A stretch of 64,000 nucleotides of DNA. Origin: Nitrososphaerota archaeon (GTDB taxonomy: Archaea; Thermoproteota; Nitrososphaeria_A; Caldarchaeales; Caldarchaeaceae). The notes below the pieces were generated by a model. That model worked only from the letters and a program-made list of their open reading frames with translations. It did no database searches and was not told the origin of the DNA. The stretch is taken from the NCBI GenBank assembly GCA_041641305.1, contig JBEPYN010000002.1, forward strand, positions 320,001 to 384,000. The letters run 5' to 3'. The position numbers were made by a program, and so were the translations under genes. Positions 40,669 through 49,682 of this stretch are shown in pieces. Position 1 is the stretch's first letter. Every line of letters starts with the position of its first letter.

Positions 40669-41668
40669 CCACTAGAACCACTCTCGAGCCCTCGGATACA
40701 ATCCTTGCGGGCCTTATTTCGAGATGCAGAAACTTCCGTGGAAACAGTACGAGATACCTGCTGTTCAGCGGGTATCTTGTCCTAAGATGAATCACTAGGC
40801 CATACTTGTTCAATGGCTGGATGAAGTTATAGTGGAAAACCACGCCGCGCAGGGATAGGAGCCTGGCAGCCGCCAGCACGTCTATCGGTGAGCGGGTGGA
40901 GAGCTGTATAAGGTTGCCGACCGCGTCTCTATCCACCACAGCTATTCTTCCTAAACTACCTATCCAAAGGTTTTCAGGCCATAAAATCTCCTGAAGCAGC
41001 TTTTCTGAGAGGAAGGTTACTTGCTGGCTGTTTAGGCCCAGCTTGTCGCGTACATAGAAGCTGTGGTGGCCGAAGAGCGAGAGCAGGACCGGGTTGTATA
41101 TCTGTACGAGGTCGGGGTGGCTGAACGCGGCCGCTTTCGTCAAGTAGATTTCTTCGAAAACCATCAACTCCTCGATTGAGGGGAGATACTGCGTGAGCTG
41201 GTAAGCGGAGAAGCTTCTCCTCATGTATTCGAGCGGCTCTTTAAGGGAGTCAATGGTGTAGACCCGCAGCTCATATGAGTTGATTTTTTCCAGCCTCGTG
41301 GGCCTCAGCTCGAACGGCTCCTGCTCTTCTCCTTCAATTTTTGCAAAAATTCCTCCAATGATGGGGATGTAGTAGGAGCTGTTTATCTGGTAGACGTTTG
41401 TTAGTGAGCCTAATATGGAGAAAGCTTGCCAGACCTTTGGAGGGTATGGATGTGAAGCAGGCTTGAAAGGCATCTTGGATGCAAGAATGACATGGAACCC
41501 CGCGTCCCTAAGCCTCCGAACCAAGGAAAGGAGACGAGCAATCGGCTCAAGCTCTTGCAGGAGGCTCGGCATATAAGCCGCTTTTCTAAGCTTTTTCACA
41601 AATGTTTCCTGTATTTCTGCAAGCAGGTGTTCGACGTCTCCCTCCATGGTCATGGGGATGCTGGACAT
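40631..41668 (-). CDS. Hypothetical protein
   Basis: 345-aa ORF in operon. Confidence 0.6.
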   Translation of the reverse strand: MSSIPMTMEGDVEHLLAEIQETFVKKLRKAAYMPSLLQELEPIARLLSLVRRLRDAGFHVILASKMPFKPASHPYPPKVWQAFSILGSLTNVYQINSSYYIPIIGGIFAKIEGEEQEPFELRPTRLEKINSYELRVYTIDSLKEPLEYMRRSFSAYQLTQYLPSIEELMVFEEIYLTKAAAFSHPDLVQIYNPVLLSLFGHHSFYVRDKLGLNSQQVTFLSEKLLQEILWPENLWIGSLGRIAVVDRDAVGNLIQLSTRSPIDVLAAARLLSLRGVVFHYNFIQPLNKYGLVIHLRTRYPLNSRYLVLFPRKFLHLEIRPARIVSEGSRVVLVDDDAIQSLQTGT

Positions 41669-41671
41669 GGA

Positions 41672-42217
41672 TTAGGGTCTTTGAGGCCTTGTTAGCGGGA
41701 GTCTATGTCTTGTGAGGAAACCGAACCATTTATCAAGCTCAGCGGCCCTCTCGCGCTCGAAAGGCAGCACAGCCGCAGTAGCGCCTAACTCCCTCAGTTT
41801 ATTGGCCGCAATCTCAGCCCCCTTCAAATCCGAGAACACTAGGACATCATCGTTGAAGAATTTCGCTATGCCTGTGCATAGGCCGGCTGAGGCTGTGTAT
41901 AGTGTCGCGGCGGTGTGGATGAGCCCAGCCCGGCATTCGTTTAGGGCTGTTGCTGTGTAGACTCTTACATCGTCTGGATGATAGACGATTACACATGAGC
42001 CGGCGTGGAGCCTTCCCCATCGCCTGCATTCGCATCTTTCCTTAACCATGTCGAGAAGCATGTTGTTGACAGACTCGAAGCCGATGAACCCGTTCGCCTC
42101 AACCCCGTCAACCTTCTGGTCTTCCACGAGTCTATACTCGTCTATCAGGCCTTCAAACATGGATAGGTAGCTGGCGAAGCTTTCTAAATACATGGGGTTT
42201 ACTCTGAACTTTATCAT
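41672..42217 (-). CDS. Hypothetical protein
   Basis: ORF in operon. Confidence 0.6.
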   Translation of the reverse strand: MIKFRVNPMYLESFASYLSMFEGLIDEYRLVEDQKVDGVEANGFIGFESVNNMLLDMVKERCECRRWGRLHAGSCVIVYHPDDVRVYTATALNECRAGLIHTAATLYTASAGLCTGIAKFFNDDVLVFSDLKGAEIAANKLRELGATAAVLPFERERAAELDKWFGFLTRHRLPLTRPQRP

Positions 42218-42220
42218 GTT

Positions 42221-42541
42221 TCACGCCCCCGTGGTCTGCTGGCTTGCTTGTAGATGTCTGCGTCTTAGGAAGCGTTTTCCCCCGCTTTCGGTAACCTCGT
42301 AAACATACTCCCCAATCTTTACCCCGCCCTTGGCCGAGGCCTTTTCGACAAGGTCTGGAGGAGCTTGGTCTGCGAAGACCCATTCGCCGCGGCCGTCACG
42401 GTATTGTCTCCACGGCAGGTTGTCGAAGCCTGTCTCCCCCTCCTCTCTAAGAAGGTCCCTGAGCTGTTTCAATATATCCAGCTCTTTCTCGAGCTGTTTT
42501 ATTCTCTCGTCGAGGAAGGCGCGTAGTTTATCGCTGCTCAT
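42221..42541 (-). CDS. Hypothetical coiled-coil protein
   Basis: Overlaps the RNR stop; N-terminal coiled coil. Confidence 0.6.
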   Translation of the reverse strand: MSSDKLRAFLDERIKQLEKELDILKQLRDLLREEGETGFDNLPWRQYRDGRGEWVFADQAPPDLVEKASAKGGVKIGEYVYEVTESGGKRFLRRRHLQASQQTTGA

Positions 42542-44783
42542 GAGCCAGCACCTGCTCCTTCCCGAGGCCGAGGACCTCCAATGTCCTGTTTCTCACCTGT
42601 CTCCTCACCTTGACTGAGGGGGCGTGTAGGACTTGAACGCCTTTGGATGTGTCTCTGAACACGGTTATCCCTTTGACTCCTATTTTTTCAGCCGCGACGT
42701 ATGCGTTTAGGACGTCCTCAACCGTTGCCTCTGCCGGCATGTTGATTGTCTTGCTCACAGAGCTGTCAACCCACTTCTGTATCTCATACTGGGCCCTGAG
42801 ATGGTCCCACCAAGCAATTTCCCTAGCTGTGACGAAGACGTCCCGCATATCCTCAGGTATCTCGTCTATCCCTTGTACGGAGCCGCCGTTTTCGGAGACT
42901 TTTTTGAGCAGCTCCATGGAGTAAAGCCCACGCTCCTTCAACTGCCTCTCAAACTCTATGTCGACATAGTAGAACCGCCCCACTGTGACATGTTTTTCAT
43001 AGACAAGCGCGAACTGTGGCTCTAGCCCGGCCGATACATCGAATATCATGGATATGCTGCCTGTGGGGGCTACCGTGGTGACGTGGCTGTTTCTAAGCCC
43101 CACCCGCTTCACGCGTTCCGACACTTCTCTCCAGTCCATTGTCCACATCTCGGGGTGATAGAAGCCCTCTACGGCAAGCAGCCCCTGTGTGTAGAAGCTG
43201 GCGTCATACAATGGGAATCTGCCCTTCTCCTCCGCAAGGCTTGACGATGCCATGTAGGCGTGGTAGGAGATGAACTCCATCACCCTGCTCATGGTGCTGA
43301 AGCCTTCTTCGCTGTCATAGGGTATGCCGAGGGCGTAGAGCATGTCCGCTAACCCCATTATGCCTAGCCCAATCCTCCGGTGTCGCCGGTTCTCCTCTGT
43401 TAGGCGCGGGAACGGATGTCTGTTGACGTCTATCGCGTTGTCTAGGAATCTTACAGAGGTTTCAACGGATTCTCTCAGCTTTTCCCAGTCGATTTTTCTG
43501 GCTTCCCTGTCCACGTGCTCGTAAAGGTTGATGCTGCCTAGGTTACAGGACTCATATGGATAGAGCGGCTGCTCCCCGCATGGGTTGGTGCATACTATAT
43601 CGCCCAAAGCTTGTCGGAGAGGGTTTCTCCTGTTTATATGATGCTTGAACAATAGCCCCGGGTCGCCTGTCATCCACGCCTGTCTAGCTATCTCCTGTAA
43701 GAGTGTTCTGGCGTTCACCTCCCCCACCTTCATCCCTGTCCTTGGGTTTATCAGAGGATAGCTGGAGTTGGAGTGGTAGCTTCGCCAGAACTCCTCATCA
43801 GTCATGACGGATATGTTGAAGTTCTCGAACCCGCCGTTTTCCTTGCATGTTATGAACTTCATGACATCTGGGTGCCATGCCTCGAGTATGCCCATGTTGG
43901 CTGCTCTTCTTCTACCGCCTTGCTTGATAACATCGGCTACCTTATCTATCAGGCTCATGAATGAGACCGGTCCGGATGCGACACCACCGCTTGAAGATAC
44001 AACGTCACCTTCCGGTCTCAGCTTTGAATAGTTTATTCCAACTCCTCCGCCTGTCTTGAAAATCAACGCAGCCCCCTCAGCAGCCCTCATAATCGAGGAA
44101 ATATCATCCTCGACGTCGAGCACAAAGCATGCGCTGAGCTGGCCGAGCCTAGCTCCTGCGTTGAAGAGCGTCGGGCTGTTGGGTAGAAAGCGTTTCTCGA
44201 ACAAAAGGTTGGCGAACCTGTGGAAAGACTCCACCGCCTTTTCGGGAAGCGGCTTGCCCCTTATGTGGATGTATTGGTTTGTCACGAAGTTTTCTGGAAT
44301 ATTGTATGTTAGGGCTCCGCCCTTGTCTGCGACGGCTATGGCTGAAGCAACGCGGTACACCATTCCCTCGGGGGTTTCGATAATCCTGCCCTCCTCATTC
44401 CGTAGAAGATACCTCGAAGCAAGCAGCCTAACCGCGTTGACGGATAGCGCTTTCTTGGTCCATCTCTGAGGCTCCACCCCAAGTATGGATTTCTTCTCAG
44501 CTCTCTCCTGCTCCCTTCTGTGCCTGTAGGTTATGTAGGCTTTGGCAACGTCGTAGAGGCCATGCCTCATTAATGAAAGCTCGACAATATCTTGTATCCG
44601 CTCGACGTGAGGCTTTTCATCACCCTGTGTCTCCAATATCGAGACCACTTCAGCGGTCACTTTCTTGGCGGACACGGTGTCAACACGCCCAACCTCTCTC
44701 ATTGCCCCGAGTATGGCTTTCTCTATACGTGAAGGGTCGAAATCCTCAAGCCTTCCATCCCTCTTCACAACAGCCTTCAACAT
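42528..44783 (-). CDS. nrdJ: Class II (AdoCbl) ribonucleotide reductase with ATP cone, lacking C-terminal Cys tail
   Basis: VVKRDG cone, PNSPTLFNAG, SACF, NPCGEQ, CNLGSINL, APTGSIS, SKTIN. Confidence 0.93.
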   Translation of the reverse strand: MLKAVVKRDGRLEDFDPSRIEKAILGAMREVGRVDTVSAKKVTAEVVSILETQGDEKPHVERIQDIVELSLMRHGLYDVAKAYITYRHRREQERAEKKSILGVEPQRWTKKALSVNAVRLLASRYLLRNEEGRIIETPEGMVYRVASAIAVADKGGALTYNIPENFVTNQYIHIRGKPLPEKAVESFHRFANLLFEKRFLPNSPTLFNAGARLGQLSACFVLDVEDDISSIMRAAEGAALIFKTGGGVGINYSKLRPEGDVVSSSGGVASGPVSFMSLIDKVADVIKQGGRRRAANMGILEAWHPDVMKFITCKENGGFENFNISVMTDEEFWRSYHSNSSYPLINPRTGMKVGEVNARTLLQEIARQAWMTGDPGLLFKHHINRRNPLRQALGDIVCTNPCGEQPLYPYESCNLGSINLYEHVDREARKIDWEKLRESVETSVRFLDNAIDVNRHPFPRLTEENRRHRRIGLGIMGLADMLYALGIPYDSEEGFSTMSRVMEFISYHAYMASSSLAEEKGRFPLYDASFYTQGLLAVEGFYHPEMWTMDWREVSERVKRVGLRNSHVTTVAPTGSISMIFDVSAGLEPQFALVYEKHVTVGRFYYVDIEFERQLKERGLYSMELLKKVSENGGSVQGIDEIPEDMRDVFVTAREIAWWDHLRAQYEIQKWVDSSVSKTINMPAEATVEDVLNAYVAAEKIGVKGITVFRDTSKGVQVLHAPSVKVRRQVRNRTLEVLGLGKEQVLAHEQR

Positions 44784-44785
44784 GC

Positions 44786-44980
44786 CTAACCTGCCTCCGC
44801 CTTGGATATAACTGGATGAGGCCTTGTGCTGGTTTCGAGCCGGTTCCTCTTCCTTCTCGGCTTCTTTCTCAACAGCGTGCCGCAGTCAGGGCATCTAATG
44901 GCCCTTGTCTTGAAGTATGTCCTGCATCTCGAGCAGAAGCGGTATCCAAGGGCATAGCAGCCGTATCCGCTTCTAATCAC
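44786..44980 (-). CDS. Family Zn-finger protein
   Basis: GYRFCSRC..RCPDCGTLLRKKPR. Confidence 0.75.
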   Translation of the reverse strand: MIRSGYGCYALGYRFCSRCRTYFKTRAIRCPDCGTLLRKKPRRKRNRLETSTRPHPVISKAEAG

Positions 44981-45366
44981 TGCGCCTCACCCACCTTGGG
45001 GATGAACAGCATTAGTTTCTGTTCTATTGAGCCTTTGACTGTTATCTCGAAAACCTCGCCGTATATGGGCGGGCATAGCACCCGGATAAATGTGCCCCTC
45101 TGTGGAGGTACGAAAACCGCGTGGACCTGTTCATGTTCTCCTGTGATATTTTTGCAGATGGCCTCCCGCACCTCTACGAACCTGTCTGAGTAGAGCCACA
45201 GCCATAGGTAGGAGCCCATAAGTCTAATATCTGCGAGACTAGCCTCTAAGCGGGGCGGCGCCGATTCTTCTGGGAACATGTCCAAAACAGGTCCCCTAGA
45301 GCTTGTAACCGCTAAAACCGCCGCCCCTATGCCGAGTATAACCATGAGTAAAACGGCGCGCCTCAT
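44977..45366 (-). CDS. Membrane-anchored hypothetical protein
   Basis: N-terminal hydrophobic helix; promoter at 45391-45408. Confidence 0.6.
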   Translation of the reverse strand: MRRAVLLMVILGIGAAVLAVTSSRGPVLDMFPEESAPPRLEASLADIRLMGSYLWLWLYSDRFVEVREAICKNITGEHEQVHAVFVPPQRGTFIRVLCPPIYGEVFEITVKGSIEQKLMLFIPKVGEAQ

Positions 45367-45478
45367 CAAAATCTTCTCGGAGGCGCATACATTTATTCCG
45401 ATGAGGCCATTTAGCTAATGGACCATCCAGCCACAACCGCTACCCACGACCTCATGAAAACCATGAGCTAATCGAAGA

Positions 45479-45510
45479 ATTTAATTGATAAAGGCCCTAT
45501 CCGCTTAAAT
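45479..45510. promoter_or_regulatory. Bidirectional element promoter sharing one AGGCCC core
   Basis: ATTTAA-N7-AGGCCC-N7-TTAAAT; ATGs at 45455 (-) and 45535 (+). Confidence 0.7.
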
Positions 45511-45534
45511 TATTAAACGGCCTCTGCCAATAAC

Positions 45535-45744
45535 ATGGAAGTGAGGAAAACAGCTAGGAACAGCTATGCAATGGGTTACAAGTTTTGTAGAAGATGCCAC
45601 CTATATGTGAAAACGGAGTCAAGGATTTGCCCAATCTGCCACAATCATGTGCGAAGCGGCCCGAGGAGCAGAAGGTTGAAGCAAAAAATTCGTCTAGATA
45701 AAATGGAGAATGTAGGCTCAACATCCCTCAATCCATCAGCGTAA
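45535..45744 (+). CDS. Family Zn-finger protein
   Basis: GYKFCRRC..ICPICHNHVRSGPR. Confidence 0.75.
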   Translation: MEVRKTARNSYAMGYKFCRRCHLYVKTESRICPICHNHVRSGPRSRRLKQKIRLDKMENVGSTSLNPSA

Positions 45745-45956
45745 TACCTTCCACCTATTTTCGGTCACAGGATAATCCGCTCTAATTCGCCAAAATTTCG
45801 GCTTTCTACAGGGAGGGCTTGACCATATATGGTCAAAGCAGCCCTCACGTATCTTGAAGCGTAATACTTCTTGGGTAATTTCGGTCGCCAGATAATTGGG
45901 CCTAATTCCCGGAAATTTCGCCTCTCCACGGATACTCGTTGACCATATATTGTCAA
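45738..45956. repeat. Two degenerate direct repeats (120-bp period), each ending in palindrome TTGACCATATATKGTCAA
   Basis: AGCGTAATAC at 45738 and 45858; palindromes at 45819-45836 and 45939-45956. Confidence 0.85.
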
Positions 45957-46020
45957 AAAATAGCAAATTTTTTCCGACTTGCCCTCATTTTCTTATATCC
46001 ACCTAGTCTAATCTAAACAA

Positions 46021-46386
46021 TTGGTTATGAATCCGGTGTTCTTTGAAGACATTTCCGTGGTCAAGTATTGCTCCAACTGTGGAGTGCACATGTATTTCGC
46101 GGGTGATGAATGTCCGGGTTGCTCTGAACTTCTCATCGTCGAGTTTCATACTCGTAGGAAAAACCGCCTCCCAGTGTATCTGGTGAGGAAAGGGGGAAGG
46201 TATAGACATGGTTTCAAGTATTGCTGCTCCTGCAGGCTCCACATATGGCTGGAAGGAGGTTTACAAAGGTGCCCGTTCTGTAAAAGACTTGTTCGTAACG
46301 GTCCACGGGGCAAACACAATGGAGATGGGAAACCGAGAGTAGATATATCCACTTTGGAAGAGGAAGAATACGGCTCTATGTTTTAA
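46021..46386 (+). CDS. Family Zn-finger protein with two fingers
   Basis: YCSNC..CPGC and GFKYCCSC..CPFCKRLVRNGPR. Confidence 0.72.
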   Translation: MVMNPVFFEDISVVKYCSNCGVHMYFAGDECPGCSELLIVEFHTRRKNRLPVYLVRKGGRYRHGFKYCCSCRLHIWLEGGLQRCPFCKRLVRNGPRGKHNGDGKPRVDISTLEEEEYGSMF

Positions 46387-46801
46387 CCTCTATGAGATTA
46401 TCCTCTACATGAAGGCCTTCATCAATTAGTTTTTCGCTCAGTTCTTTGGCTCTCCGCGCTATTCTAATCATCCTCTCCCTAGGAGATTCAAGAGCTATGA
46501 GCCTGAAGCTAGCCGGCTGCTTAGCCACCTCATCGATGCTCTCGATAGCTGCTGCCAAGAGCGCGGCCTTGGTAAGCGGCATGGTTATAGGCAGCTTGAG
46601 GAGCCAATTGTCGCCGCTTCTCTCCAGTAGACATCTGCCTGCTTCACCTGTTGCTTGGAGGCGGCTCAGGGATATGTTCTCTAGGATGTCTGTGTTCCCG
46701 TAGAGGGCTCCGAATATCTGCTTATCAGAGACTTCTCCGTCGACCTTGATGGAGAAAACCAACGTGGACTCATGTTTGTAGCTGTTCTGAATGCTCTGCA
46801 T
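46376..46801 (-). CDS. Stand-alone N-terminal domain of archaeal DnaG
   Basis: VDGEV..QIFGALYGNT, LQATG..GR, ALLAAAIESID.V, IARRAKEL; no TOPRIM domain. Confidence 0.75.
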   Translation of the reverse strand: MQSIQNSYKHESTLVFSIKVDGEVSDKQIFGALYGNTDILENISLSRLQATGEAGRCLLERSGDNWLLKLPITMPLTKAALLAAAIESIDEVAKQPASFRLIALESPRERMIRIARRAKELSEKLIDEGLHVEDNLIEVKT

Positions 46802-46802
46802 G

Positions 46803-46970
46803 TCACCACCTCCTAACTACCTGTTTTCCACCGTTTCTTTTATCACGGTTGTTTCCGTTGAATGGTCTAAACAGCCTCATGAAAAAGAGGCCCAACGCAA
46901 ACCTTGCTTTTCGGCTAATCATGAGGAAGAGGACGACGGCCATGGCGATGACGAGTAATGGTAGACTCAT
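46803..46970 (-). CDS. Small membrane protein (55 aa, not in ORF track)
   Basis: MSLPLLVIAMAVLFLMISRK...; promoter 46994-47011, 24 nt upstream. Confidence 0.55.
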   Translation of the reverse strand: MSLPLLVIAMAVVLFLMISRKARFALGLFFMRLFRPFNGNNRDKRNGGKQVVRRW

Positions 46971-46995
46971 GGTTTTAGGGATTATAATGATGGAT

Positions 46996-49338
46996 TTAAG
47001 GGGATGAGGCCTCTGTCGCTACAACATCATGTATGTTTACTGTCATCGCTCCATCTATTCTTATGAAGGATGCTATGGCCTTGAATGTCTTCCCTTTCTT
47101 GAGAAGGTCCCGTGGCCCTTGATAGGTTGCTGGCTCCAGCCTAGCCCTGAAGCTATCATCGACAACCACTACCGCGAAACCGGGGTAAACCTTCTCAACC
47201 CTGATGGTGTGAACCTTGGATGGAGCTTTGGCTGCTTTCACCGCAGCTTTCGCCACATACCTGTCACCAGCCTTCACCACCAGCCCCTCGCCGACAAGCC
47301 TGTTGATGGACATTCTCACGATATCCGGGTCGTATTCGACAGCTTGCAGGGCATCGGCAAAGGATAATCCTTTTTCCCCAGAGTTAAGTATCAGCTCGTA
47401 GAGCCTCTTCCTGCATGCAAATAGCTCGCCGTGGGATATCTTACGCGCGGTTACATAAACAGGTTCGCCGTCCTCGGCCTGAACATATTCTGTCGGCTTG
47501 GTCTGCCTAAGCCATGGCCATGGCTTACCCGGCTCAGGCTCCGGCCCCTTCCTACCCAGCTTGAACCCCTCTAGTTTCTTAGCTACTTTCTCCAACAGCT
47601 TCGCCATCTTCTTCGCCCTCCGGTAGCCCTCGGCGAAGTAGTATTCGTCAACCGTGTCTTCGGCGAGGAGGATGGTCACCTTGCCCGGCAGCCTTCGGCC
47701 GGTTCTGCCCCTTCTCTGGATGTAGCGTATCCCCGATATCGCCGGCTCGTAGAAAATCACGTATCCGCACTCCGGTATGTCTAGCCCCTCCTCTCCAATG
47801 GATGTGGCGACGAGTATGTTGAACTCTCCTTCCCTGAACCCTTTCAGCACCCTCATCTGCTCCTCTTGGCTCATCTTGGGCCCTTCCTTGCCCTCGCCCT
47901 TGCCGACGAACATCTTAGCCCTGTAGCCGAGCTGGCTGAGCCTCCACGTAACCACCTCAGCCGTGTTCCTGATGTTAGCGAAGACCATGACCCTGTCGCC
48001 GGGTTTCTCGCTGAAGTGCTGCGACAGCCTGTTGAGCAAAGCCTCTACCTTTGGATGGTCTAGGCTGCATTTCTCCGCCAGCTCAGCTATTCTATGGAAG
48101 TCCCCGCTTGACGCGAGCATTCTATGGCTCCTCAGCTCCGAGGACTTTACGTCGTTGAGGTATTGCCTCAGGCTGTATACATGCTGGCTCTCTATCAGCT
48201 CTAGCGCATGGTATAGGCTGAGGACCTCGGATATCATGGCCATGTAATGCATGTTCCGCCCCTTTATTCCAGAGCTTATCTCGGCCCTCAGCCTATTCAT
48301 CGCCTGCACGAGGGCGGCTCTGGTGACGTTTTTCAGAGGCATCCTCACTACGCCGAAGCCCTGTAGCTGTCTTACCCTGTTCTCTATCGCTGCCTTGATT
48401 GCTGACCTTATCTCCTCATACTCCTTTGGTAGCTTGACCCTGACCCAGTCAACCTTCACCCCGGGTATGTAGCTCGATACTTCTTCATGCTCCTCGCTCC
48501 TCCACGATATCTTTTCTATCCATAGGTTCTTCACAACCTCCATCACCCTGTCCTCGTCGCTTCCGGGGCTGGCTGTGAGAGCAAGGATGCGGGGCCATGG
48601 GCAGCTTCTGACGTATTCTGAAGCCAGCCTAGTGTATGCGTACCGGCTTCTGCTTCTATGGCACTCGTCAAAGACTAGAAGCGCGAACTCCTCAAGCCTT
48701 ACCCAGCCGCGCCTATAGTCGTTGTAAGCCGTCTGGGGTGTGGAGAACACTATCCTGACGGATGGGCTGCCCCAAGCCATTTTCCTGACGCTTTCACCGG
48801 TTTCCCCAGTTACTGCGACAGCCTCGTCCTCCGAAATGTTTAGGTGTTTGAGGAAGCTCTGCCTGTGCTGGAGGACTAGAGGTTTTGTAGGTGCCATAAC
48901 AAGTATCCTGCAGCCGGGGTGCCTGTGAAGTAGTTCGGCTGCAGCTAGCTCAGCTATCACAGTTTTCCCCAATGCCGTTGGCAGAACCACCAATGTATTG
49001 TTTTTGAGAGCTTCCTCAACCATGTTCCTCTGGTATTCTCGGTCCTCTATTGTGTCCGGCTTAACCATCGGATGGCTGACAAACACATGCCTATCAAGAG
49101 GCTGCTCAACAACTTTCCTATCCTTTTTCTTCTCCGCCTCTGTCTTCTTCGGGGGCGGTGGAGTTGTTAACAGGCCTTCAGCAACCTTAACCGCGTAAAT
49201 ATGCTTACAGTCTCTTACCAACTTTTTTGCTCTGAAGACATAGTCTGGGCATGTGCATGAGAATTTTTCACCATCAAAAGTCACCCTATAGATTTTTGTG
49301 GGGTCTTCTTGGCTGGGTATGTCCCAGTGGACCGGCAT
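46996..49338 (-). CDS. Hef/FANCM-like helicase with N-terminal SWIM Zn finger, no ERCC4 nuclease
   Basis: CTCPD..CKH SWIM; REYQ, PTALGKT, DECH, TASPG, EEGLDIP, QRRGRTGR. Confidence 0.92.
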   Translation of the reverse strand: MPVHWDIPSQEDPTKIYRVTFDGEKFSCTCPDYVFRAKKLVRDCKHIYAVKVAEGLLTTPPPPKKTEAEKKKDRKVVEQPLDRHVFVSHPMVKPDTIEDREYQRNMVEEALKNNTLVVLPTALGKTVIAELAAAELLHRHPGCRILVMAPTKPLVLQHRQSFLKHLNISEDEAVAVTGETGESVRKMAWGSPSVRIVFSTPQTAYNDYRRGWVRLEEFALLVFDECHRSRSRYAYTRLASEYVRSCPWPRILALTASPGSDEDRVMEVVKNLWIEKISWRSEEHEEVSSYIPGVKVDWVRVKLPKEYEEIRSAIKAAIENRVRQLQGFGVVRMPLKNVTRAALVQAMNRLRAEISSGIKGRNMHYMAMISEVLSLYHALELIESQHVYSLRQYLNDVKSSELRSHRMLASSGDFHRIAELAEKCSLDHPKVEALLNRLSQHFSEKPGDRVMVFANIRNTAEVVTWRLSQLGYRAKMFVGKGEGKEGPKMSQEEQMRVLKGFREGEFNILVATSIGEEGLDIPECGYVIFYEPAISGIRYIQRRGRTGRRLPGKVTILLAEDTVDEYYFAEGYRRAKKMAKLLEKVAKKLEGFKLGRKGPEPEPGKPWPWLRQTKPTEYVQAEDGEPVYVTARKISHGELFACRKRLYELILNSGEKGLSFADALQAVEYDPDIVRMSINRLVGEGLVVKAGDRYVAKAAVKAAKAPSKVHTIRVEKVYPGFAVVVVDDSFRARLEPATYQGPRDLLKKGKTFKAIASFIRIDGAMTVNIHDVVATEASSP

Positions 49339-49394
49339 CTGAGTGGAAGAAGGCCCTAGACTCTTAAATATTTTGAGTGACCTAGTGACTTCGG

Positions 49395-49682
49395 ATGAGT
49401 TATAGAAAAGGCCGGAGATTCGAGTATGAGGTTAGGGATTATTTTGAGAGGAGAGGATGGCTTGTTATCAGGGCTGCTAGAAGCAGGCCCGTTGACTTGG
49501 TGTGTATAAAGGATGGGAAAGTTATGCTGGTTGAATGCAAGTACGCTGGAGGCAGGGTTCAAAAAGATGAGCGGAAAGCTCTTGAGAAAATGGGTGAAAA
49601 ACATGGAGTGGATGTGGCTGTTGTGCGGAGAAAGAGGAGAGGCGTGATAGAGATTGAGCCGCTCTATTCCGGAGGCGTGTAG
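49395..49682 (+). CDS. hjc: Holliday junction resolvase Hjc-like
   Basis: KGRRFE..V, R...S.PVDL, VECK. Confidence 0.8.
   Translation: MSYRKGRRFEYEVRDYFERRGWLVIRAARSRPVDLVCIKDGKVMLVECKYAGGRVQKDERKALEKMGEKHGVDVAVVRRKRRGVIEIEPLYSGGV

Noticed and set aside
45738-45956. CRISPR array
   Set aside because: Only two units, the inter-palindrome sequences are homologous rather than unique spacers, and no cas genes are present
42528-49338. Inteins in NrdJ or Hef
   Set aside because: Lengths and motif spacing are normal, with no C...HN splice junctions
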